From Dicyema japonicum (Eukaryota; Animalia; Dicyemida): a stretch of DNA of 33,000 nucleotides. Where the stretch lies: positions 1,369,447 through 1,402,446 of the forward strand of contig RDEW01000008.1 in the NCBI GenBank assembly GCA_011109175.1, written 5' to 3'. Below the pieces are notes generated by a model that saw only the letters and a list, made by a program, of their open reading frames with translations, was not told the origin of the DNA and did no database searches. Each line of letters starts with the position of its first letter. Position 1 is the stretch's first letter. Of the stretch, positions 22,517 to 33,000 are shown in pieces. The position numbers and the translations under genes were made by a program.

Positions 22517-23719
22517 TTATAACTTGAATATATTTTGATGACCTTAATATAAATTTTATTATTTTATATTTGAATTTCATAAATTTTTATTATTTTTTTA
22601 TGATATAAAATATACATTTTCTAAATTTATCAAAGAAAGCATCCATAAAGAAATTAAACACCTACCGAACATTAGAACTAGTTGATGTAATTTCGTTTTC
22701 AAATTCATTCTCAAAATTCAAATTTATTCATTACCACTTTTTGAATAGGTATCAAGTACATAGACGGAAGGTATCCGATGAGTGATTTACATAGAAATTA
22801 CGTGATTATATATAAGAAAGACACGTGCCTCAGTATCCTGTGTAAGATTTACATTCGCATAAAAGATTTCATCCCGTTTTTGTGTTTAATCAGCATGATT
22901 TCGAACTCATTTTCAATACAACTATTGAATTAAGAGCTCGTTGCTCCTTCATCGGATTTTTGATCCATAAATCTTTTAAAAAGATTTCTTATTCTCAAAC
23001 TCTCACAAGAAGCGTGCTCACAGAGGCGTTTAGCCACGAAGAGTATTCCACATCTTCGTGAGGGAGGACTGTATGCTTACAATGGACATGAGGTTATTTC
23101 ATACAATATAAGTTTTATCATTGCAAGTATGAAATTCTCTCTATTCGACATTTTGTAATTTGGGAGTAAAATATAATTTTTTTCGAAGGACTATTTTCCT
23201 TTGAAAGTTATGAGAATGAGATTATGGTTACTGGTAGTGTCTTAGAACACTGTCCAATTTGTAAGAGCAGCAATTTTAGAGGAAACAAGTGTAAGTTCGG
23301 GCGAAGAAGTGCTCTCACAAACTCTTTGTTGAATAAAGCGTTTTTAATTCAGTTCTCCAAACGAACAATTTATTGATAAAGTCGACATACAGCGTTAATA
23401 ACTGAACATTTTGGGCAGGATCTAGGAGGTGGTACATACATTCTCAATATATTGTAGTATCCAATGTTTGATGAAGTTGAATTTATGATGTATTCAACGT
23501 GATAGGGAAAGCGCATATGTACTTTTTTCTTGATCCGAAAGGACAAGAAAAATCCACGGTAAACAGAAATGTTCAGGAAGATGAACGTTTTCATAATATT
23601 GTTAAAAATTATCTAAAAATATTAAAAACATGACAAGGACGAAGAAGGATGCCAAGTTTTCACTTGGTCTGGTAGCTTTCCTAATAAGAGAAGACAGCCA
23701 CTAAATAAGTCAGATATAA

Positions 23720-25605
23720 CCAGGATTACCCTGGTTAATGCCCGCTCTCTTAAAAAGCGGACTCCGGAGCTGGTAGTCCATGCCAGCGCTGTTGAGATGG
23801 ATATATTAATTATCAATGAAACGAATATGAAAAAACCTGGAATTATTAATATTTCGGGTTATAATTCGATTGATATTCCATGGCGTTCCGGTGCCATAGC
23901 TGGTACAGATACATTTATTTTCTACAAAAAGAGTTTTAAAACGCGATTTCTTAGAATAATAGAAAAGAATGTCTGCAATTTATTATGGATTGATTTGTAC
24001 TTTTCTTTTGTTGGATAACAATTGGTGGAATTTACTTTAAAATATTAAGGAATTATTCAAGGATTAAAAAAATTTTTTTGCTAATAATGCAAACCCAATC
24101 CTTGTTGGAGATTGCATTGCAAATAAATGTTGCATATGGTTGTGTGAAAACTAATTCTGACGGCAAATATTTATTGAAATAATGGAATCAGATAATTTAG
24201 AAGTTTTACGTCTAAAGAACTTAATCATTTCCAACAACGGAGTGCTGATAGATTGAGTGTTTTGTTATGCAAGAAAACCTCGCTTTATTAAGCAATCTGC
24301 CCTATGTCGAAAATAATAAGGGGAGTGATCACTTACCTCAATCTTTGGAGTTGCGAACTGGACTTGTTTTTTAAGAAGAAATATTTTTTGGATATAATAT
24401 CAACAGAATTGATTGGGCTCATATTAATTTTTATATTTCTATGAAATTGGATAATATTCGAGAGCTGAAAATTTTAAATCATGTGGATATCTATAGTTTG
24501 GATGTAAAATTAAGAAATGTTATTTTAAACTATCTTGATTATTATGGAAAGAGGAGATTTCTTAATTTTATGAATGGAGAAAATGTCATTTGCTTCGAAA
24601 ATGAGAAATGTGGAAAAAAATTGATCGATGTTGGGATCAACAAGATTTTAACCATCTCAAAAAAAGGATCAAGTCAGTAAAAAGTGTATTGATCGAAGTA
24701 TCAAAAACTATTGAAGAAGATAGATGGAGGAGAATCCTAAATTCAGGAAACTTTTTTCGAAAATGAATTCTTTGGATAGGAAAGGTGAAGAGATAAATCT
24801 CAAGTCTCGTGACGGCTCTACCATGACGTGCATTAAATCAACTTGCGTATCCAGTTTAATATCTATTCCTATATTAATTCAATTGTGTCGCTTAATTAAA
24901 TAAGTAAAAATTATCTTTAATATTTAACGATTTGAAATGATAGGATTACGTCACCCTATCTAGTAGTATTAAACATTGGTGGTAGTATTAAAGAAGATAG
25001 ATGGAAGAGAATGCTCCAAACTCTATCGTAATAATCCTAAATTCCGGAAACTATTTTTCGAAAATGAATCTTTGGAAAGGAAAAAATGAAGAAATAAATC
25101 TTAAATCTCGTGACGGCTCTTGGATCCCGAAAGAAAAAGATCCAGATGTCTTATGACAACAGCTCGCAGAGGTTCAAAAGTTGGATCTTCTGTTAATTAT
25201 TCCCCGAGGCATAAAATTAGTTTTCTTGAAGCCATCTCCGCTTGTGGAGGGGCCTTTGTGTGGTACGATTACTATGGAGAAGATAATTCTTTCTATTAAT
25301 GGGTGCAAAAATAAAGCTCAGGGTTGGGATTTATCCCCCTGATTGTCTTCAAAAATGCATTATTGACAACGTTTAGGCTTTATTTAATTCTTCGTGGTGT
25401 TCTGTACATGTTCCTTCTACGTGGAAGAAGTCTTCTGTACGGATGATCCCGATAAGGGAAAAGCTATTTCAAATACAGAGAACTATAGGCTAATAAGCCT
25501 AATGTGCAGTATATCGAAAATTGTGGAAAAAATCATTTTCAACAGATTATTAAAATACGTTGATGACAACAATTTTTTTCTCGATGATTAGTGGGGTTTT
25601 GACAT
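23720..25605 (+). mobile_element. Jockey/I-like LINE ORF2 remnant (APE endonuclease + RT N-terminus)
   Basis: ITLVNARSLKKR..DILIINET..ISGY; ILVGD; GSDHLP; KAQGWD (cf. KAPGxD); NYRLISLMCSISKIVEKIIFNRL..*WGF. Truncated just after the QxGF-like motif. Confidence 0.85.
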
Positions 25606-25609
25606 ATTA

Positions 25610-26640
25610 TGTCACGGCCCGTACGTGGTATCGGCCCACATGGTCAATGATTTCAATCATTTAAAAAAAATTAAATATTTTTGTTCGTTATTGGACAAGG
25701 ATTACAAATATATATTTTTTAATTTAAAATAATCACTTTTTTTATTTTTTGGATAAAATAAAATTGAAAAATGAGTACAGTATCAAAATACTTAGTTTTT
25801 ATATATAAATTGTATATTAATAATAATTAATTTAAATTATTTAAAAATTATTTAGCACGTTTTTATTAAAACGCGACTGATGGTTTTTCTTGTTCGATTG
25901 TTTCTTCACGATGTGAAATAATTAAAGAATTTAAAGAATTTGACTTGTTCCCTTCAGATCTGGCGACATCCGATATGAGGCGTTGCAAAAGACTTTCCAG
26001 TAGATTTTCGTTTGAAAACGATGTGCCATATATCTACGTATATTTATAATTGCTCATTTGTAGGAATCAAATTATAAATTACGATTTTTGCAATCGACGA
26101 ACAAGAGCTAAAACGATTAAATATTGAGGTATATTCAATCTTAAGTTTTTAGTCTGAACACAACAAATCCCACATGGGCAGGAACAGACTTTAAAAAAAA
26201 CTGTACTACATGAGACAAATAACGAAGTTGGAGATATTGTAAAGTGGTGTCAATTTTGTGTGTCCAGAGGTTTTTGGAAACAAAACCTCAGAACACCAAT
26301 TGTGACAAAATACCGACGCGACAGATATATAGCCGATATGATCGATTTGCGACGTTATCTGAGAAAAACTTGGGTTATTCATGGGTATTTTTTCTCATTA
26401 TTTTTTGTAGCTTTTGATCGTTGTTGATTGTTTCAGCATATTTGGTATGATCGATACTCTCTACTCCAAAAAATTCAACAGGAAGTAGTTGAAACTATTC
26501 AAAAAATTTTTTTTATAAATATGGCCACCGTTAATACACACGGATAACAGAAAAGAATTTAAAAATAAATTGATGACCGACATGTTTATGGATCTTCGGG
26601 TCAAATATATCTCTGGTAGACCGTCATATGGAATAAAGAA
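25610..26640 (+). mobile_element. Ginger/KRBA2-like DDE (rve) integrase-type DNA transposon remnant
   Basis: EHNKSHMGRNR..IVKWCQFC (HHCC), TPIVTKYRRDRYIADMIDLRRY, VDCFS, IHTDNRKEFKN..YISGRP. No RT or gag upstream. Candidate terminus TGTCACGGCCC at 25610. Confidence 0.72.
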
Positions 26641-27250
26641 GACTAAAGACTCAGACAAACTCCGTGTACTTTATTGTTGCTTATAAGTCTTAAGACATTC
26701 TCCTGGATACGACTGATTAAAATCGATTCGAGTAAAAAAACTGCTGCCAGCAAGTTGTCATAATTCACAATTCTAAAGTAAACATGGTAACAATATTAAT
26801 AACATGAGATAGTTCTGTGAGAAAGTTCTACAAACAAAATCAATACACACTCAAAGGATGATAGTCTACGAGCATATTTAGGGTATGCAAGTAGTTCATA
26901 AATAGTAGTTAGTAACAGCGGACGGTTGTGGGAGTCATATAGATATTTATATTGCTTGAAAGTCTAATGCTGAAATTGAACATAGAAAACTTAACTCCTA
27001 CAATAATAATTAACAAAATGGTAATACACTTTCGTGATTTACTATATTCATAAATATTAATTAAAAGATTTTAGGGTCAGGGAAGTACACAGTATATAAT
27101 TTTCCTTGAACTCCTGTCAGCTATTGATAAAATGAATCTTCGACTCCCGACGTAATCGTCAGACATCTGGTGAAGGGGTCTGCTGGATACCCTCCAAATG
27201 GAACAGTTGTCCTGGATAGAAGACGGAAAATGGGCCTGACGGAATTACAA

Positions 27251-27475
27251 GTTTGTTTTGTCTGATCTCTTCCTTTCCAACTATAGTGGCGTTATGTTAT
27301 TCACCTGGCGCCCAGTGCCATTCCTCTTCTCACTCTATTAGAGGCGTTTCCAAAACTTTAAGGATGGACGTCTTTTACCTTTCATTCTGATTCCGGACGG
27401 ACTTGTGTGACGTTGAAGGACTCTGTTTCAGTAACAGTTGAAACTGGATACACTTAATTAGTTGTCAACTGTTGA
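27251..27475 (+). repeat. Unclassified interspersed repeat, copy 1
   Basis: Shares ctcttcct..agtggcgt.atgt..cgcccagtgcca..atggacgtctt..gattccgga.ggact..gaaact.gatacacttaattagttgt with the reverse complement of 28380-28615. Confidence 0.75.
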
Positions 27476-27575
27476 CTTTTTCAGTGTCCGAGGTTAATTA
27501 AATAAATTGATTTTTTATAATATTTTAAGCTTAATAAATTATTTAAGCAATATTACATATCTTAATTTTTTACAT

Positions 27576-27822
27576 CTGTTGCGACCGAATTATCGGGAGC
27601 CGTTGGTCCAATGACGGCTGAATTCTTGCAAGAACTCGGAGGATTGCTTGCCAGAAAGTAAAGGGATCAACGAGAAGGGTTATGGCTAAGACAAAAGATT
27701 GGAATAGCCATACTCCGAGGAAACTCGTTCGCAATCCACGCAGCAGGCTTCCTCAACTGACATTTGTTTAATTTTTTTTTTTTAATGAAAGAAATTTTAT
27801 TATAAAATGAATAAAAATTAAA
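27576..27822 (+). mobile_element. CRE-clade 3'-terminal fragment, same subfamily as 3290-4213
   Basis: VATELSGAVGPMTAEFLQELGGLLARK*RDQREGLWLRQKIGIAILRGNSFAIHAAGFLN*. DNA aligns with the reverse complement of about 3335-3518; T/A-rich tail. Confidence 0.9.
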
Positions 27823-28379
27823 GCATCTGAATGGCCATGCTATTTCCCCTAACAATAGCCAACGAGATACGTTTGTTTAATTGTTTAAAAAAATTTTTAT
27901 TCTTTATAAAAAAAAAAAAAATTTTTTTACATCTTTCTTTAAAATCAAAATAAGAAAATTAGAATATGTATGTAAACATAGTCATATTTGTCTGCAGAAA
28001 GATTCATTTATCTCTTAGAAGTATGCATGTCTAAATCATTTACTTAATAAAATATAAAAGAAGACAGGATTTTTTAAATTTTTCCATGATAGCATTCCGA
28101 GCTTCTCTCAATGATCGCGACAATATTTAGTGAAACGCCTTCATGCTTTAAAATTAATATGAACGATAAGAATCAAATAACGTAAGAAGACGATTCAGTT
28201 AAAAATATTTACCAGAAAAAAAGCTGTCAATGTATCAAGAAACTCACTCTTCCATACGAAAAAAAATATTTTCTTCTTTTTTTAAAAGGTGGAACATTTT
28301 TCTTTCTCTTTTAACTCAGGTCCTATACTAATAATAATGATTATTTATTTATTAACCCGAATACACCGAGAAAGAAGTT

Positions 28380-28615
28380 AAAGTAAACAACTAATTAAGT
28401 GTATCGAGTTTCCACTTCTACAGTAACAGAGTCCATCCGGAATCGGCATAAAATGTAAGACGTCCATTACATACAGTTGTAAAAATTCCTTCCAGAGGAG
28501 TGGGGGAGAGCAAATGATTCTTTTTCGTGCCGGCCTGGCACTGGGCGTCACCTGGAAAAGCGGATCACATGACGCCACTCTAATAGGAAGAGAAAGGCGG
28601 AACAGACAAACAAGC
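28380..28615 (-). repeat. Unclassified interspersed repeat, copy 2 (inverted relative to copy 1)
   Basis: Same shared blocks as 27251-27475. Confidence 0.75.
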
Positions 28616-28738
28616 AGAAAACTTCAACCAATTAGCCACGCAGCCAGCAATAATAATGATTACTTAGACTAAAAATTAATTAAACAAAAATAAATAAAAT
28701 AATACTTATTAAACAAAATAGAATAAATTTAAATATTT

Positions 28739-29459
28739 ATGGAAGGAGTGGTTTTTGATGCTATACCTTATTATGAGCACGGATATGACAATGTCCTCGT
28801 AAAAGAAGCTGTAGACCAAATAATTATCTTGTTGGTATTAAATCTATTCGAGAAGGAAATGAAAACTATTCCTCACACAAAAAATTGCCTAGAAAAATTT
28901 CCCCCGTTAGACTTTAGCTTGTTCGAGGAATACCAAAAATTCACATGCCTAGAGTCAAATTCTAAAAAACGAAATGGAGAGGATCAAATCAGGTATTCTA
29001 CTAGAAACCCTTTCCACAAAACGATACGAATTCCCGAGCCCGGCTCAAAGCAGAATTGACTAACCGTCTGTTTGGGAGGAATGTGTGAACAACGCAATGG
29101 CCCAAACCAACCACACAGACAGAGGTTAGGGATCTTTAATACAAGTAGAATTCACAATATTCAACTACAATGCTCATACGGAACGGAAGTCTGGTTGAAG
29201 TATAACAGTGTCATTTTGAAATTGTGGAGTACATGCAGAAGGAGTTGGATGGGATAAGGTTTAGATCATGCACATTTAAGTAGAAAATCAAGGAAGTTAA
29301 TATTATGATGAAAATGCTCAGATTGAGGCAGGAGATTATATTAAAAGCTTGAAGAATCAGTTTGGCCTTTGATGGTTTTTTAGTTGGATGAGTCTTGTCA
29401 GGAAGAACTATGATTTGGGGTTGACAATTGATGAAATGGAATACGGACAGAATAATTAA
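28739..29459 (+). pseudogene. BCAS2: Pre-mRNA splicing factor SPF27/BCAS2, unprocessed pseudogene
   Basis: VFDAIPYYEHGY..KEM..TKNCL..LDFSLFE|SQILKNEMERI..LSTKRYEFPSP..WEECVNNAMAQ..IHNIQL..YGTEVWLKYN..QIEAG..WMSLVRKNYDL. Introns at 28928-28952 (GA-AG), 29125-29148 and 29360-29383. In-frame TAA and frameshifts. Confidence 0.9.
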
Positions 29460-29469
29460 TTTTTCAAAA

Positions 29470-30417
29470 AATTCGGTTTTTATAATTTTTCTTAATTCCC
29501 GATGTTGGAATATTTTTGCTTATATGAGCAGTCTAGAAACCAATGGATTTTCGGAAGAAGGTTCCTAAGGAAAAGCGTAATGACTCAAAAGACTTATATG
29601 GGTGCTGAATAATCTCAGCTGGTTTGCTTGATAGCAACCGGACTTATACTAGTGGGCTCTTGGTAACTAACTATCTCTTGCTATGAGGAAAACATGTGCT
29701 TATCAGTTGCTTGGAATTATTTTTGAAAATTTGCTATTTGATGTAATTACTTGATTACGTCGATTTCACATTGGGCATATTCTTCAAAAACTTATGATTC
29801 TCTTGTTGGTTGTACAGCTCGATCGATAATCTTCAGTGAGACGTCTTGACGCTTTTTCCGAAGATTGGATTTTGCGTAGAGCATTTTGGTCTTCTGCTTT
29901 ATCTAGTTTTATTTTTGAATTCATTAGAAAATATATATCTGAATCAATTATTTGTGATGAATGGAATAAATTTTATTTAATTATTCAAAACATTATAACT
30001 GAATTCCATCGTAGATATCTACCCAAATCGCTTCTATCGTTTTTCTACTGTCTTTCCACTTTAGAATCAACCAATTCTCCTCTTCCAGCATTCATTGAAG
30101 CAGAAACGAAATCTTCATCGAAGACCTTGACCTGTGCATTATTCAACTATAGCACTTTTAGGAATTCTGTTCAACATAACTGATTGGATACGAGTCCCCG
30201 TTTTTTTGTCGATATATAGTTTATCCATGTAATTCTTAAAGTAAAACCCCTCCGAAATATGAGAAGACTCCGATCCCGCTTCAAGATGCTCACCACCTGA
30301 TTAGCCTCGCCAATAATAAATAACTAATCATCACTACAGTCTACATAATTGCATCAAGAGATCAAAAGCTGAGTACAATCAGACCTCTATTTGAGTCGCA
30401 TCTCCGACGTAAGGCAT
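29470..30417 (-). pseudogene. Unidentified degraded coding region
   Basis: ATG near 30417 followed by protein-like fragments (VKVFDEDFVSASM.., KLDKAEDQNALRKIQSSEKASRRLTEDYR, RLLSSKPAEIIQHPYKSF) and micro-intron-like segments. No family recognised. Confidence 0.3.
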
Positions 30418-31379
30418 TTCTATTTTTTATTTTGGAGAAACCCCGTTTTTGAGCGCTTATATATTTTCTACCAAAAGTATGACAAATCGATTAAGTTTAA
30501 CACCTATAAAATTAATTATGTGATTTTATTAAATAGATTTAAAAATTTATGTTTGCCGACTTCATATTGCGAGAAAGGGATTTAGCACTCTCAACATGTC
30601 CGGGAAAAACGAAACAAAATACAAAAGGATTGCACTTACGAAAAGAAAGGCAAATTTAGAGAATCTTGTGAATACTCATCAACCACAGGATATCATATAC
30701 ATTGTAGACTATGATTTTTAAATAAAAAATATTTCTTAAATAATTTCTGTACGTGGTAATAAATTTTTGACTTGTGAAATAAGGACGATAAAAAAAAATT
30801 GGAGGTGCGCAAAAAAATTTTCGGTGGGCGATAAAATAATAAGGTTGATAACCTCTGATGTTGACTGTGAACCATCAATATTAAAACTTTAAGTTTAATG
30901 GAAAACATGGATGCAAACATTTTTGATTTGATTCCAGGCTATCTTCATTATTTTTACGAAATCAGAAAGAAATAATAAATCGAGAAAACAACTGATTATT
31001 TTAAAAAAATAATGTATTTTTTGTTTATCGAGCAATTTGGAAAACCTCTGTTTTGGGGAATCTTCCGAAGCCCCTATTAGAAATCGGACTTTAACCCATC
31101 TCCACTTTTACTTTTTGCTTGTTAGATCTTATTGTACTACTTGATTCCGAATTTGTCGCTCTGTCTTTCTATTTTCTCGATGGGTCACCTCAAGTCTTTT
31201 TTAAATTCCCCCGCAACATTTGATCAAATAATCTGATTCGTGAGAACGTCTCTCGTGGATTTTACATTACATTAGCCTTAATTTCTTTCACCTGAGAGAT
31301 CGGGTAAACAAACAATTTATAGTTTAATGAAATTATTTACAGGGCACTATTCGACTGTTTTCACTCATTTCTGACTATG

Positions 31380-33000
31380 CAGAAATTTTACATTTCAGTA
31401 GAACTTTGGAACTTTAGATTAGAGTTTCTGAATGTGGTCCCTGATAATTTTAACCTGTGTAGTTACTAGATCAAAAAGTATTGTTTCAACTAATCACGTA
31501 TTTGGGGAGATAATGAGTTAAGGAGATGGGTAAACATTAGTTCTATAGCAGAAAGGAACTTTTAGACTTTTTCGGTTAATTTTAATGTGTCACGAAAGCT
31601 TACAGATACATTCAAATTTCGAGAGACCACCTAAACAAATGTTTGGAGTCAAACTTACTGTCCCCAAGTGCGGAGTAGTGAAATATTTGTTAAAATAGTG
31701 TTGACAAACTCATCCTTATATCAGATCCTTAATTACTTGCAGGAAATATGACGATTTTGAGAATCATTTTTGAGTTCCATATATGACTTTTGGTAGACAA
31801 ATTGACAAGTATGATTCAATGATGTCATTTGCGGGAGCAGCAGTATTCATTTTCAATTTATATCCAAATAACTCCCGGGACATTAGTCTTTGAAGTGCAA
31901 AAATCGATAGCATTTTCCTACGATGACATCTTCCCAATCACCGAGTAGTGAGCTGACTTTGTTTTACATTTCTCATCTGTCAATTGAGTTTCTCTTTTAA
32001 CAGTAATGACCTCAGTCTTTTTTCGTTCATTTTGAGAAACCATACAGCGAATGCACCGGGAGCATGATTTGAGAACTCCTGATCTCCTTTACGTCTCCGA
32101 AACAAAGTCTACGTCATCCGCGTAAATTAGTTTCTGTGATTTCGATGGGCAGCTTTCAGTAAGATACCAAATAGTAGTGGCAATAAGAATCCAGTGCCTA
32201 AATGTGTTTCAAATTCACGGGATCACTCTGAAACCGACCCAGACTTGCATTTCAGCGTCCGCAAGTAGGACCCGGATCATCCTTTGACTGTCCTTGTCTA
32301 GCAACGTATTAAGTAACAACATTAGTTTCTATCTACACAGTATCGAAAGCTCGGGAAAGATCAATCCTACTATGTGAACAGCCTTCTGGAATCTCTGCGT
32401 TATAGTAAATATTCATCTGTTTCCATACAACATCCGTCGTGGACGTTCCCTTTTCTGAATCCACCTTGGCCCAAAGACAGATATTCGTCAACAAAATGAG
32501 AAATCCTATCCAGACAACCAGAGATAGTAGTTTTCGTAGAGTTGTTAGAAGGATTATAGGTCTGAGATTTTCTACCGGTCCAACCGACTTCCCAAGTTTC
32601 CGTATAGGTATCAGAATTCCCTGCCCTAGTGAGACAGGCTTGTGTTTCATAAAAATGTATTTTAGCATGCTGCATAGTTGATAGTCCAGTGAGGGAAGCA
32701 AATGTTTTAGAAGTTTCCCGTTGATACCATCAGTGCCCGGACCCCTATTGTTGTTCAGTTTTTGTAGAGGCGTTTGTATCTCCGCCATTGGTGTAGTCAA
32801 AGATCTGGGGTGTCCTACAAATTGAGTTATGCGTTCGTCGTCACTACTGAAGAGCGATTCAAATTGATCAGCATTATTTTCTGCAACTTCTTTTTGTCTA
32901 GTATTCGTCTTCCATTATTGTCATTCACATTTGTACTTTCGTGGAGCTGTTCAATTGTCCTTTCGTGGAGCAAGCGTTCTCTATTCTTTATGTTCGGTAG
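31380..33000 (-). mobile_element. RTE-clade LINE RT region, degenerate, runs off the window edge
   Basis: KLNNNRGPGTDGINGKLLK..GILIPIRKLGK..VENLRPIILLTTLRKLLSL; QGGFRKG; IDLSRAFDTV; LIYADDVDF; SLLGDWEDV; TWG. Confidence 0.9.

Noticed and set aside
23200-23340. Gag-like zinc knuckle (ORF1) upstream of the Jockey-like ORF2
   Set aside because: Only scattered Cys (HCPICK..KC) without CX2CX4HX4C spacing; too degenerate to call.
30596-30720. Possible second CENP-B/Tigger N-terminus (KYKRIALT)
   Set aside because: Similarity is limited to a few residues.
1-33000. CRISPR array, rRNA, prokaryotic operons or defence systems
   Set aside because: No regularly spaced repeat-spacer array, no rRNA motifs and no long intronless ORFs; the sequence is intron-containing eukaryotic DNA.

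Overview
AT-rich eukaryotic nuclear DNA in the standard genetic code; no prokaryotic operon or CRISPR structure. The host genes are animal-type and are split by 22-27 nt spliceosomal micro-introns. That combination points, by inference, to a dicyemid (mesozoan)-like metazoan. Five host genes can be rebuilt by hand: a C2H2 zinc-finger gene, mitochondrial MCAT, NAT10/Kre33, a ZYG11/ZER1-family gene and BCAS2/SPF27. All five are disrupted by frameshifts, stops, deletions or broken splice sites; the last four visibly keep their introns. The window therefore looks like a block of unprocessed pseudogenes, or a low-quality consensus. Most of the rest is transposon debris: many CRE-clade (RT + restriction-like endonuclease) fragments, four carrying an N-terminal PHD finger; RTE-clade, Jockey-like and Ingi/Vingi/I-like LINE pieces; a two-copy tRNA-derived SINE with a shared structured core and different tails; a Ginger/KRBA2-like DDE integrase remnant; a pogo/Tigger remnant; and an unclassified ~250 bp repeat present as an inverted pair. 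All homology calls come from motif recognition by eye, and most boundaries are approximate.
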